A stretch of DNA of 64,000 nt from NCBI RefSeq assembly GCF_964204865.1, contig NC_135260.1:10974001-11038000 (forward strand), written 5' to 3'. Shown one piece after another: positions 35,835 to 50,368 of the stretch (positions within the stretch are counted from its first letter, which is position 1; each line of letters starts with the position of its first letter). The notes beneath the pieces are model-generated. The model searched no databases. It was not told the origin of the DNA and saw nothing but the letters and a program-made list of their open reading frames with translations. The stretch is from Styela clava. Its lineage: Eukaryota. A program made the translations under genes and the position numbers.

Positions 35835-37534
35835 TAGAATTCAATTGTTCTCGTGCCATCAATTATCACAGTAGATATTAACCGACCCTTATTAACGAAT
35901 TCAATATTTCCAATCGCTGGTCAAAAATTTGATTCGATAGGTAGGATATAGGGTACTAAACTTTGCATATTTTTTTTTTATATAAATGACAATGCACTGG
36001 TTATGGGTAATCCCTCTCTCGGCCGTGATGTGACTCGCTGTATCATCATCTATTTCTGGAAAGAAATGAATGTACCGATGATTTTGTGAAGAAAGCTTGT
36101 AATTGGAAGTTTCAGCGTGTTGCTCAATCATGTCGCAATTCTAGGTGAATAATAAAATTCGTAAATAGGCCTACAGGCCGACGTAAAGTTCAATCGTTCC
36201 TTCTTGGAAATAATTTGCTTTAATTGATTGCACACATTAAATCCACACGAATATGTTCAAAACAAAACGTTCTTTCAATATATAAATCGCAAATTAAACA
36301 CGAAAATATATTTGTTCCGCTGAATAAGTTTTTTTTGTTATACCTCTAGTAATTTGCAACGCAATTGCAAAACTATGCAGCGAATGCAACACGAGTTCAT
36401 AATTGATTTAGCAGAAAATTTTCGCCAAATGTCAAGAGTTATGTAAAGATAAAACTAAGTTTAGACAATGTACCAATTCCACGAATTTCAAAAAACGTGC
36501 ACGAATCAAACTTTCAAACTTTAAAATTGAAAGTTGAGAAGTTGATCTGAAAGTTGTAAAAGCGTTTGGTACAGAATGTAAATTGCATGACAATCTATTA
36601 TAACCAAACTTCCCCCCAAAAAAGTCACTCACACATTAAAATCACATTAATATTAGCATTGTGCAATAACGCTAAGATACCAGGCCTATAGTGTTTGGTT
36701 AACTTTTGTGACGAAATCCTAATTTAATAGGAACAGAGTAAAACTGCATTAAACTCGTAGAAATACACAGCTTGGGCATAATCACGCTGATCGGGTGTGT
36801 ACAAATGTGTTTTACTGCACATAATTTCTATCCTAATAGGCGCAGTCTAACAAGATCGAAAAAAAATGTTTTCTGAGATCTTGTTTAGAAACCATCAAAT
36901 TGCACATCTCGACCGATAGGCATTACAATGCAAAAATTGAGGTGGATTTTTAAATAGCTTTATTCGTAATTATGAAACCTTTCCAATAAATATATTTTTA
37001 CGAAAGTCTAGTAAGTTCAAAATTGCAATTCAAAATATAAAAAGATATATCAACACAATCAAGTTTATTCGGAGAGATCAAAAGATAAATTCCATAGAGC
37101 AAAAATACTTGCGCAATCCACACTGGTAAAAAAAGGGTAAATTACTTGTCACATCTTTGTAACTTCGTAATACTTGATTGAAATGTTGACCAAAACGTAT
37201 TAATATTCTCAATATGACAGCAAATGGACTATATGTTTCATTTCGGTTATATACTTTGTCATACTCAACTATTCTCTTTAAAATGGACCTCTTCATTAAA
37301 CTACTTGAGCAATTACTGCATAATTCACAAGAATGACTGCCATTTTATTACAGCAAACAAGCTGAAAAGTTGATTTAATCAGTTTCGCGAAACGTGTTCT
37401 TAAATTATATTTTTAGATTAGTCATGGAGAAGAAAACAACTTTTGCTTCTACGATATGTATATATAAGTGTAAATCATATGTTCCAATCATTAAACTAGA
37501 ATTTGTTTGATACCGAGAGGTTTATATTGCCAAT

Positions 37535-40500
37535 ATGGCCTCCATCTTATTGAGTTTGTGTTTGACGACTCTTGTATTTGTCACCGCGTCATGCTTATCA
37601 GTTGACACATACAGTAAGTTGAAAAATAGATATAACATTAATTTAGTATTGTGTCACCATTTTAGAAACTTATCATTCGAATAGACAAGTTTTGTGTTTT
37701 TATTGAAATAATATCTTTTTTGTATTCACAATAATTTATTTGAAATAGTCAAAACATTATAGACCACGGAATAAAATATGTCAGAAAACTACAACAGTGA
37801 TAACTTTGAAATATATATAATAAAATACAGCATAATGATGTTTATTGGGACCTCCTGAAGTATGCGCACCAAGATGTCGCACAACCTAAACGCAGGTTGT
37901 GTACCCACTGGACCAGATCAGGGTTCAGGTTGTGCGACATCTTGGTGCGCATACTTCAGGAGTACCGTTTATTGAGATCTGAGAAGGCAATATAATTGGA
38001 ATGAATTTATTTTGTCTGAATACCTTCCGACCATTTCATTGGCTTTGCTTGGTGATATGAATAAGGTTTTTTTGTCTGCTATATACTAATATGATTAAGT
38101 ATAAACAGCGTTTTATTGTGAATAATTTTAAACCAAAACTATTCTTTTTAGTTCCCCCGTGTGAGATAACTGGCTGTCCTCCTTATAAACAATGCGTTGA
38201 CGGAGAATGTATCGATCGTAAGTTATATCGGTATAAGTGTGAAAAAACTGCAAATTTTGGCATTTTTTTCAGTACTGGTTAATAACATATATATTTAGGA
38301 ATGATAAAAAAGACTTCTAATAATAATTTATATGTATGCTGTTGAAGCGCTTATAAGAGTACAACTGCATATTCAGTGATTTATTCTGTTCAAATACCTT
38401 AAAATTACTGAAGGAGGAAATATCAAATTTATTTTGTACTTTTTTTTTAAATTTATTTCTAGTTATAACCATCGGTCCACCACCTGCTGTATGTTGGCCT
38501 CGATGCAGACCTTGGGAATACTGCCGGATTGGTCGTTGTGTCCGTACGTATACAATTGTATATTCTTTCTGAATTTTTTTAAACAACCTCATACTGCTAC
38601 ACCAAAAGACTCTCTTTTTAGTAAATTCTGATAAGCAGCATGTTTTGGCTACTAATATATATAACATAGGATCTCCAGATGGCAGTTCTGGCGTGTGATT
38701 CAGTGATTACCAGCAAAATCAACGTATTTACATATACTATGTTCATGTTTATAATTTGTTAAAATAGGTAACTTTGTTGAAGAAAATTTTGATAAGTAGA
38801 CTGCATTTACTGCATATTTTAGGACCGCTGTACAGTATTTCTTTAAAATAAACATGAAACACGTTATATACAGGTAGAAGCACGTCATGTGCAGCAGTTT
38901 TATGCATGGCTGGTCAGATATGCATTGATGGAAGATGTGTCGGTAAGTCTATAAGATATAAATTTTATATTCAATAAGTTTTAGTTTTGCTTGTATATGG
39001 TTTAATTATGATGCTGACTTGGCTTTCATTTGATTTATGTGAACAACTGCCTTATTGCTTCACTTTCTTGCGTTTACAGATTCGGATACGTGTTCTTCAC
39101 CATGTGCACCTGGTCAAGTATGTGAAGACGGCAGATGCGTTTGCAGAATAGGAGACTTTCACAATGGAAGATGCGTTAGTAAGGATCATAAATATTTGAC
39201 AATTCATTTTTTATAGTTATTATTGTCAAGTGAAAAATATATCAACGCATGATGGCCATATGTAACATTACCCCTTCCAAAACTCAAATGATTTGAAAAG
39301 ACGTGAGTAGTCACTTAGTTATCTTTTTTCCTTTGCTCGATTCTTCTAAATCTTCATGCGCACTTTTATGTATTTTTTCGAATACCTGATAAGCGTAGAA
39401 GTATATCAGGAATGTTTCAGTTCTATAATTAGTAACAACTATGATTTGAACGTACTGTGGAGATCAGAATTTTTTAAATATAATCTGTGTTTAACCCGAT
39501 CTGAGGTTCAACGCTTTATTGTTTTTATCAAATAATAAGCTGAATAATAATTTTGTTATTCCAAGTAAACATGATTTCGCAAGTATCGTTGAAATGGAGA
39601 AAAGCCTCCTAATATGTAATATATTGAACAAAACAAAAAATAATTCAAGCTAATCTGTAGTTTCGAAGCTAATATAAGAACACGACTCTTGTGACGTTGC
39701 ATACCCCCGAGGGCGAATCATTCTCAATACAAGTAAATTTTGCGTTATATACTTCATTGAAAATATATACATCAATATCGTCCATAATTTTTTATCAGAT
39801 TATAACAGTCATAATCCAACAACATATTCTTCTGCAATATCAAATTTTCAAACCAATATTTATCCGTCAATTACGAATATGCTCGTCTGTTTGATTCCAA
39901 CGTGATTCGTGAACTTACGTAGAAACTTATTTTTGTATGGAATTCATTGTTTATAACACATTTTCCAAAACGAATGCGTGATGTCGATGTATTATATTGA
40001 AATCAATTGAATGATGATAATCTGGTATCATTATTACCTTCAACTATTTCAATTTTCAGCTTGTCCTCCCGGTAAAATATTCAGAGCATGTCCCTCGAAC
40101 TGTCCACCGACATGTGAAAAACCATTTCCGCAAGCATGTACCCTGGAATGTAATTTGGACAGGTTTTGTGTTTGTCCTGACGGGTTGCTGGAACACAATG
40201 GTGGATGCGTGAAAAGAGACCAATGTCCTAATAGTAGGTTCATAGATTATTTTATAACAAAGAATATTAATTAAATTAAACAATCGTTTTAGCACCATAT
40301 TCTACATAGATAAAAGGTGAAACAACACCCAAGGCAGACATTTTTAGTGATTAAAATACTACGAAGATTCATTCATTATTACTTCATTGGTGCAGAATTC
40401 TAAGTTTTGATTTGTACCTTTTTAGAATGTCCCGCAAATAAGATCCCTGTACCATGTGCCACTATTTGTCAGCCAAATTGTGACGACCCCAACCCTTTTG

Positions 40501-43500
40501 GATTATGCTTGGGTGTTTGCAACAAAGAGGACCCTTGCGTTTGTCGAGAGGGTTACATAGAAAGAAGTAGAAATGATGATACTTGCATCAGGAAGGAACA
40601 TTGTCATGGAAGTAAATGCCTATAGTTTGTTCGCTGTGATAGGTATTTCTTTTTTATGTAGGTTTTATATTTTGAAATAAATCTCATCAATTTTAAAATT
40701 ACGGTATTTTTAAAATATTTGCATATTCGTGATGAGAAGAAAATAATTTGCACAATAAACAACCAATTCTAACTGTACACAAGGAACCCTCATGCGGTGC
40801 ATAATTTTGCAATCCTATTTGTGCTGTATATTTGATCGTATTAGTAGTTATTGTAAAGTATATATCGTCACGCTTATAACCGAATTGCGTAAGTCATTTT
40901 TGGCGATTTTGAGTTTTTTATAAAATAGGTATTTATGTAATGCTGCGCACCTGTCTGTTAACTCAGATTTTATTTTAGGAATTCCGAAACCCATAAAAAT
41001 GGAGATTTAGTATGACATGCACATTTGTGAAATTGTTTCGTCATAATGAATTATTCTTGTTACCGCAGTACTCTTGTGACGTCACAAAGGCAAAATAACC
41101 TCGGCGAAGTATTTTCGAGTTTTTGCATCTCGGATTCTAGCTTAGCGCGTATTAATTTGAATTTTTACTACAGTATAGGAAGACGTACACTTGTGATATT
41201 CACTGTCCAAGTCAAATTTACCTTGGTTGGCTTTTATATTGGGTGCATTGCTGTTTTATTCTTTATATTTAATCTTAGTCCTATTTCGGTGGGTGTGCAG
41301 AACGTGTTATATTGATGAAATATATATTTTTAAACATAAAAAATGATGTAATTGAAACTGATTAGCTATTTTGGGGATTAGACATTGTAGATACTGTGAA
41401 TTACATTCGTTTTTGGAATGTTTAGTTTTCAGGACTGGTGCATATAGTGAAGCTGCAAAATTGCGTATGTCCCCAAGTCATAGACACATTTCTGCCTAAG
41501 TCACAGTGCGCCATTATGACGTCACTTAACTGCGTCATACAAATTAACTTAAATCCGGCTACGATCAAAAAATTGAACCATGGCAAATTATTGACTCTCA
41601 ATTGCAACACAAAATCATTAGGAAGTTTTTTACGTTTTTCTCAAAACTGCTAAAAATGACTTACGCAATTCGGTTATTAGCGTGACGATATATTACTTGT
41701 TCCGCACGAAATGCATTCATTGCGAAGTGCTTATGATATATAATAATAAAAAATAAAAATAAAAAATAAACAGGGAATAACCCAAACAGTAAATTTTGAT
41801 CTGTTTTGATCTGTCCCTTTTCAGAATGTCCTGCGAATAAGATTCCTGTAGCATGTGCCACTATTTGTCAGCCAAATTGTGACGACCCCAACCCTATTGG
41901 AATATGCTTGGGTGTTTGCAACAAAGAGGACCCTTGCGTTTGTCGAGAAGGTTACATAGAAAGAAGTAGAAATGATGTTACTTGCATCAGGAAGGAACAT
42001 TGTCCTGGAGGTAAGTATCTATATTTTGTTTGCTGTGATAGGTATTTCTTTTTTATACAGGTTTTATATTTTGAAATAAATCTCATCAATTTTGAAATCA
42101 CGGTATTTTTAAAAAAATTGCATATTCGTGATGAGAAGAAAATAATTTGCACAATAAACAGGGAATAACCCAAAACAGTAAATTTGGATCTGTTTTGATC
42201 TGTCCCTTTTTAGAATGTCATGCGAATAAGATCGCTGTACCATGTGCCACTATTTGTCAGCCAAATTGTGACGACCCCAATCCTATTGGAATATGCTTGG
42301 GTGTTTGCAACAAAGAGGACCCTTGCGTTTGTCGAGAGGGTTACATAGAAAAAAGTAGAAATGATGATACTTGCATCAGGAAGGAACATTGTTCTGGAGG
42401 TAAGTATCTATATTTTGTTTGCTGTGATAGTTATTTCTTTTTTATATAGGTTTTATATTTTGAAATAATTCTCATCAATTTTAAAATCACGGTATTTTTA
42501 AAATAATTGCATAACGTGATGAGGAGGAAATAATTTAAACAATAAACAGGAAATAACCCAAAACAGTAAATTTCTGAGCTACACTTATTTCCAACCTAGT
42601 CAAATCGTATTGCGGTACTTTGTATTTGTTCTAATCTTTGAAATTTTACCACATTTTATCTTCCTCGTATGACAAATTAGTAGAAATTCAATACGCCTGC
42701 TTCTTTTTTATTCTCTTATTCGCGGAAGAAAATATTCACATATTTGGTTTTGCCAAATGTTTATTATGATTTTGATTTTTAGAATGTGGATTTGCTCAGA
42801 AGCCTACTACATGCGCTTCGTTTTGTCCGCCCACATGCCAAAACCCTGGGCCATCGATTTGTGTTGACGCCTGCGATCCATCTAAAAAATGCGTTTGCAG
42901 AGAGGGATATGTCCAAGTTAGCAATCATGACACTAGATGCACTTTGTTAAGGAACTGCCCTCGGCCCCATCGTGAGTAAAACATTATAAAATTGAAATTT
43001 ACCAGATAGCAATATACATTTTTGTTTTGTGTATGTATATAGACATTTTTGATTGCTGGCCAAATTCAGGCTGTTTCGTTTCTGTACAATGTCTGTATTT
43101 TCACATTTATGTTGAACAAATAATTTACATACGAGCTTGAAGTATAATTTCGGAATATTAAATAATTATCACGTGAAATGAGCCACGTAGCACTATGAAA
43201 GTTTCGCATTGATTGTGAAAACTGAATTATTATTATATATGAGGTAACATTGATCATTTTACGACAAATTATTCAACCAATATAAATGACTCTGAATCAC
43301 AATCAATATATAATTCTAATTTTTCTTGATGTTGAATTTCTTTTCAGCGTGTGATACTAAGAAATGTCCGCCTGGAAGTGTTTGTATTGACGGAAAGTGT
43401 CAATGTCGTAGAAGATGTCCCCCGAACGAACATTGCCTCAATGGGATATGCGAATGTCTACCAGGACATTACAGAAAAAAGGGGGTTTGCGTGCCATGTA

Positions 43501-46291
43501 AGTGACTTTTATACTCTCCAGGAAAACCAAACGCGCTGGTTATAATTATAACATCAAAACGCTGATAAACTAAAACAGTTTTTAAAAACCTCCAGCAGGC
43601 ATAACAGAGTTATAGCAGAGCATAATAGACCTGGATATTTGGGTCGTTTTGGGGTCTAAGTTATAATTGGGGTAAAACAATTCAGGCCGTTTCGTTCTTG
43701 TACAATGTCTGTATTTTCACATTTATGTTGAACAAATAATTTTTATACGAGCTTGAAGTGGAATTTCGACGTCATTATTGAATAATTATGACGTGAAATG
43801 AGCCACGTAGCACTATTGAAAGTTTCGCATTAATCGTGAAAACTGAATTAATATTATATATGAGGTAACATTGATCATTTTACGACAAATTATTCAACGA
43901 ATATAAATGACTCTGAATCACAATCAATATATAATTCTAATTTTTCCTGATGTTGAATTTCTTTTCAGTGTGTGATACTAAGAAATGTCCGCCTGGAAGT
44001 GTTTGTATTGACGGAAAGTGTCAATGTCGTAGAAGATGTCCCCCGAACGAACATTGCCTCGATGGGATATGCGAATGTCTACCAGGACATTACAGAAAAA
44101 AGGGGGTTTGCGTGCCATGTAAGTGACTTTTATACTCTCCAGGAAAACCAAACGCGCTGGTTATAATTATAACATCAAAACGCTGATAAACTAAAACAGT
44201 TTTTCAAAAACCTCCAGCAGACATAACAGAGTTATAGCAGAGCATAATAGACCTGGATATTTGGGTCGTTTTGGGGTCTAAGTTATAATTGGGGTAAAAC
44301 AATTATAAATTAGAAGTAACATGTCAAACGAAAAACGATAAAGGCTTTTTAATCCATGTTTTTAAAATTAATAAATTCAGTTGAAAAATACAGCATGAAA
44401 TTGAATATCACAGATATATATGTGCATGATTTTTTCTGAATTTTCAGATAAAACCTGCCCAATATATTGTCCCCCTAACAGTATCTGTGAAAACGGAAGA
44501 TGTGTGTGTGAAAAGGGATATGAGTGGAGAGGAAACAAATGTGTCGGTGAGTAAAAGAGTAATTTATTTTAAGTATCAATATATCACAATTGTTAGTTTT
44601 AACTCTATGAAGAAGGCCAAACTTCGATATGACAGCGGTTCTTACATTTTATTACAATACATGTACTAGAGTTATATTATGCATCATGTTTCAAATGAAA
44701 AATACGCGAGGCAAATAGACGTAAAATATGCTGAACTGACTCAAGAATTTGAAAAAAAAACAAAATACAGAAAACACTGGACTACAAATAAATAGCTATT
44801 ATGTGTCTAAACGACTCTAAATTACCGAAAGCTTCACGTTTGAATCCACTTTTGAAGTGTTACTTTCTGTTTTGAGTTGATTAATAATGTTGAAAATATT
44901 GTTAGCTAAAAATTCATGTAACAGAAAAAAATATTATGGTCGTTTTTCGTTTCCTGTTTCAGAAAAATGTAGAAAGCAAATATGTGGTGATCACGGAGAA
45001 TGCAGGAATGGAAAATGCGTTTGTTTTAAAGGATATGAACTTGATAAGAGCGGAAAATGTGTCGGTATGTGTGAATTTAGACGCTATCATGAATATAACT
45101 TGCCAAACCAATGGATATTCAATTACATAAAGACAAGATTGTCTTGTTCGATAATCCACATCCGCCTAATATATGATTTTTGTTCTTGAGAGCATTCGAA
45201 TTTCATATTATTTTATATATTCTACTAAATATATACAAACACTTTGCGCGATTGATTTATTTCATTGTCCGATTCGTATCCGTTCATATTATAGGAATAT
45301 ATGCAAGTTAGTGTGCGAGATATGACAACGAAATTTACTCAGAAGTTCGTTAGTCCAATTAGGATCAAAAATAATTTCATATTCAAAAGTAAATTTTTCT
45401 TTAGTTCTCCAATGTTAAATTAATATAATAGTGTTGTAATTTGATCTTTTTCACCTCTTCCCTTTTTCATAAAACACATAGACCAGGTAGTGTTTGAGAT
45501 ACTTTTTTGATATTATAGATATATGCCGTCGAATGCTTTGTGGACCAAACGAAATTTGCCACGCTGGAGAATGCCGTCGTGAGTAAAAAATATTAGCTCT
45601 TGCCACATCTATATTCCGAACGTATGAGCAATTTTTTTCGACTTTCAATACTGCGGTAGTAACCACTATAAGAAGTTGTAATTTTTGAGTTATATTTATA
45701 TAATAAACTTACATTGTCAGTAAAAATATTATTTGAATGTTCATTTTCAGATTCGTGTGCTCTTATATTTTGTGGGCCGGGTACAACATGCATAAATGGA
45801 AAATGCGTTTGCAAAAATAGAGGGCATTCACTGGTCGCAGGCCATTGCATAAGTAAGTCATTTATGCTTCATGGAAATAACACAAATTTAAATTATAATT
45901 TAATAAATTTCAAAATAAACTAATTTTCACTATTTCCTGTATCTACTGATAATAACTACAAACCACTACCCCATACACATTTGGCTGAATTGAGAAAAAT
46001 ACATTCATATGTAAAATATTTTAAACTATTCAAATGAAAAGGGATCTCGAGTTGGTGCATTTCATGACCAGTTTCAATTAGCAATAATTACTTAACATTC
46101 CTTCCGTTTTCCAATTCTTTGAAACGAAATAATCCCTTTTTTGGAATATCGAATAACCAATACCAATAATAAAACATCTAATTTTTTTTTTCATTTGTTC
46201 TACAGAACAATGTCGCCCTCGTTGTAAACCAGGATGGAAATGCGTTTCAGGAGTATGTGTGTGCGTCGGAATCTATTGTCCGTACAGATAG
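37535..46291 (+). CDS. Secreted cysteine-rich modular protein: signal peptide, four short C-x-C..C.DG.C modules, five TIL (trypsin-inhibitor-like) domains, seven EB/EGF-like modules; ~17 exons, phase-1 introns
   Basis: MASILLSLCLTTLVFVTASC signal peptide. TIL exons at ~40060-40233, 40426-40611, 41825-42010, 42214-42399, 42783-42972 (10-Cys pattern C..C...C.PTC...C...C...CVC..G...C....C). Last exon 46206-46291 ends CPYR*. Confidence 0.85.
37848..37966. mobile_element. Merlin-like hairpin MITE in intron 1 of the Cys-rich gene
   Basis: GG...CC termini, near-perfect ~40-bp TIR, perfect 8-bp TSD GTTTATTG. Confidence 0.8.
40400..42575 (+). repeat. Three near-identical exon+intron units encoding TIL domains 2-4 (~40400-40760, ~41770-42155, ~42156-42575)
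   Basis: Introns as well as exons are almost identical, unit ~390 bp. Confidence 0.9.
43063..44303 (+). repeat. Tandem duplication of a ~620-bp exon+intron unit
   Basis: 43063-~43682 is nearly identical to ~43680-44303; ORF track shows identical 64-aa peptides 621 bp apart. Confidence 0.92.
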
Positions 46292-49200
46292 ATCCAACAT
46301 TGACTAAGTTCGAATACTTGTTACACTATTGTGAAAGAATATGCTTTAATAATCGTGTCATATATCACAGAATTAAATCACCATATTTTCACCTAATACA
46401 ATATATTCAGCATACAAATGTGTTTCAGGCTTTTTATTGTCGAGGAACAATTTAGTTAACAGAGTAAAAATATGAATCACAATTTAGAAAAATATTTGGT
46501 TGACACTGGCATATCTGAGAATAAATTCTACGAGAATCATTCTACAACAATTTTCCCAAGTGTAGGTCATTGGATTCAGTCGAGACTTGAAACTTCGTGC
46601 TTTTGTGAGGTTAATTCACAGAGAAAAAAATGATAAAAATGTTCCAGCACATCATTCAGACTGTCTTATCAACCTCTGTTTATGTATTTTGATCGAAACG
46701 CTATAGGTAGTACATATAATGTTTTTGAACTGCGAAAGAAATTAATATTGTTCCTTGTTAGTATTGTATGCGAATTATCAAGCAGAATTGAATGATTCAA
46801 AATTTGTTGAATTCAAAAATAAATCTTTACCCTGAATATTTTGAAAACTTGTCAATAATTACGTAGATAATACTTTTTGGGAGTGTTAAAAGGCAGCAAG
46901 GGAAGGCAGATGGTTGCTTCTCATATTAGGTTTTCATGATCTACGTCAAATATTTGATCACACAATTTCAGTTTGAATAACCGGGAGTCGGTTTGTTGAT
47001 GACATACCTACATAAAGTTTGAAATGTCGTAATGTAGTTAGCAAAGTTCTTTCCCATCGCGATTATCCATTACTTAGATTTTATGCTTACGCTACTTAGG
47101 AAACTATAAGTAAAACTATAAAATCGGCTAACTTTCCCGACGGCTAACCGTACAAAAAGTCGACTAGTGAGTATATTTGACAGGATCAGGTTTAAAAAAT
47201 GTTTGTGGGATAAAATATAGAACACATGGAATGGTTGAAAATTTATGTATTTACTGCTTTTCTGCATATATTTCAGATTTTCGTAATCAAGTAATTATGG
47301 CTGTTTGGTGTACAATCATTGTACCAAAAATTGTGTTCGGAGCAGTCGTTAGTCTGGTAAGTGTGATGTTAATGACTCGGGCAGAGAGCCACGAGCCATA
47401 AAGGTTGGAACCACTGTCGTTAGATAATAGTGACTGTTTGTACCTGACCTTGCTCACAGCAAAGACCCGAGTAATTGTCTTTTCAAAGCATTTGGCTCTC
47501 CACAAAAAAAACTTTGGGGTGGCTACGCTCTTGTTTCATCGAGCATATCATATTTTAATTCGACATCCACTTTCTTTCAAAACAAGAAAATATTTGTCTT
47601 TGTAGAGCGCAGGTGAACAATTTTCTTCGAAAGCAAATACCACCGACAGCATGTTAAATACAACAACGCCAATGCATTTGACAATTTTTTGATACTTGGC
47701 TTTACAAAAGGCTTGGACAAGGACATTAGCAATGGTATTTGCCACAGAGAGAAAGAATGAGATAGACAAGAATTTAAAAAAAATGCATATACTATTTTTA
47801 CTATGTATTACAGAATGACTTATTGAATAACACGTATATGTTCTGAACTGTTCATCTCTTATAATTACCGTATATTTTAGCATTACGGTATTCTTAGACT
47901 TGTACTATTTTGTCACACGGGAAGTTAGGATTGGCCAGTTATATTTTGATGAAACAATTTTTTCAGCATCCAATCACAATCGACATGGCACTTCAAATTC
48001 AGATTAGTAATATTTTTTTTTAATTATTCCCTTTAGTCCAATATCCAACACGACTAAATCAGCAAATTTATCATCTCTTTTAACGGAATGCGTTCACTTT
48101 CTTTGTTGGCAAACCACGATAATATTTGAATGCAGTAATTGTTTATTCGAATGAAACAAGTGTAGTACAAAAATATTTATAAAATGAAACACTTGAAAGC
48201 TTCACAGTGAAAAGTAAGGTAAAATGTCTCAAAAGAAATAACAATACACGACAGGGTCAATATCAATTGATGGTTACCCAAGGAGAAGTCGATACTTGTA
48301 AATCATTTGAGGCAAGTCTAGTCAAACTCAATTTTCGCTGAAATGTGTGAGACAGTTTAAATTGGCAAGTCAAAACATTTACGAAATGGGAAATTTGGTT
48401 TAATCTGATTAGGACACTTCCCAATGTTACAGTTCATGAGTCGAATAAAGTTGAGCCATTTCACATTATCTAAGTCGAATCATTTTAAAATATACGTCGT
48501 TTCCACAAAATGTCGAAAAGTATGACTCGGGTTGACACATGCCAACCTATACACACGATATATATATATTCTGTGGAAAGATAATTTGAGCATAAACAAT
48601 AGCAATACATGTTTATACATGGAACGATAAATATCATAAAAGTGTGGTGGCATATTGGTAAACAGGTTAAAATAACACTTTTTATAAACACCTCAGTTTC
48701 GAAATCAGTCTACCGATAGCTACTGCCTCAACAATCAAGTAGATTGCGGTGAACACTGAAAACATAAACCGAGTAGGCAGGCTTTCGCGTTTACTTCAGT
48801 TGGAATCTCTTATTAAAAATCTTGAGTACTAGTAATATTCACTCAAACCATCAAGGGTTTAAACAAGTTACTGTTGTTTTTTCTAGTTTTGAATGATGGA
48901 AAGGTGTCAACTCCTTCTTTCATCTAGCCTTGAACAAACATGAACGAGTGGTTGAAGCGTTGCACATATATATAGAACTTAACTATATCGGCATCGCAGG
49001 GTAAAGATCTCGGACGAAAACCCATGGTCACTACCTTGTCCAGGGTATGAAAAATTGGGAGGGAATGCCGAACCATCCCAAAATAGTAGCCTTTTGCGCA
49101 CAAGTGGCTGCGTGTTGAGCCTTGTTTAGAGTGAAAGTGTGATAAACGCCTCATAAAGTGTTATGGATTGATCTACCAAAAACTCCATTTAACTATAAGT

Positions 49201-49468
49201 GATCACACATCGGTTACTTTAGTAAGAATAAACAAAGTGGCGAATTTGTTACCCCGATCGAGAGAAGGAAGTTTAACCTTCAACACTATTTATCTAATTT
49301 TTTAAATCGCGTTACATATCACAGTAAATACCACAGCAATCAAGATATTTCAAAAACCGTTTCACAAAATGCTCGGTTGAAATACCAGATTATAAACCAG
49401 TTCTAAATAACTATAAAAAATCCGATTTGTTGGTTTTCCTTTATCACAAATTTAACGCGTTGTAAAAC

Positions 49469-49910
49469 CAGGGTTGTCCATGAGAATGGAATTCCCATGG
49501 GAAACGTCCCATGGGATGGGATGGGACAGCACACATTTGTATTTCCCATGGGACAAGTGGGACACGAAAATTGTATAATTTTCGGGGAAATGATGGTAAA
49601 ATTATTTAGTGTCTATATTGAGCATAGCTCTCTTGTTAGCTATAAAAAACAAAATATATTCAGCATTACCAATATACTTCGTGATGGGGCGGATGGTCAC
49701 ATGCATGATAGTTATGACTATAGAGTTAACAAATTTCGTAAATTTTTGTTGTTTTGCATGGCTCTTCGTACATGTAGTCCTATTTAGTGAACGCTAAACC
49801 AAAATTTAACAATTTTTATTGAATTTTATTTCAATGGGAATCTTATGGGATGGTTTAGGCATAATTTTTATGGGAATGGGACAGAAAAATATGTCCGATG
49901 GACAAGCCTG
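49469..49910. mobile_element. hAT-type MITE with ATGGG(A) subterminal repeats
   Basis: TIR CAGGGTTGTCCAT / ATGGACAAGCCTG, perfect 8-bp TSD TGTAAAAC; absent from the paralogous copy near 31226. Confidence 0.88.
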
Positions 49911-50368
49911 TGTAAAACTATTTCTAAATGTATATACTTGTTGCTCTGACAGTATTGAAGTGGGTTGCCACGAATCCCACATCAAGCGTCAGATCTGTCA
50001 CAGCAATAAATCAAAACGTTGCCCTTAGCAAGTCCGTGGAGGTTGCGACTCGACCATCAGCCGCATTTTGTAGCTTTTAAATGGTGACACGCGACCTTGC
50101 TTCGAGCAGTCTTACATACAAAATACTATTACATTAGAGAGGCCAAATTACGTTGAACTACGAGATAAATTCTAACTGTACTAAATATATATATATAACA
50201 AAAAAAAAACGAATCCGTTACAATAAAATTGTCTCGTTGGGTTTATCCTACATAAAATCATTTCTGATCAATTTGCTCTGAACAATTTGGTAAAATTGCT
50301 GCCGAATCATCCTGTCGTTTGTTGCCGAATATGTTGACGACAGGATGCTCATATTGATGTCCAGTCGT

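Noticed and set aside
43351-44166. Two identical 64-aa ORFs as duplicated small genes
   Set aside because: Wrong-frame readings of the duplicated Cys-rich exon
47177-47620. Possible hydrophobic exon MAVWCTIIVPKIVFGAVVSL followed by a GTAAG donor
   Set aside because: No downstream exons could be linked, so support is insufficient
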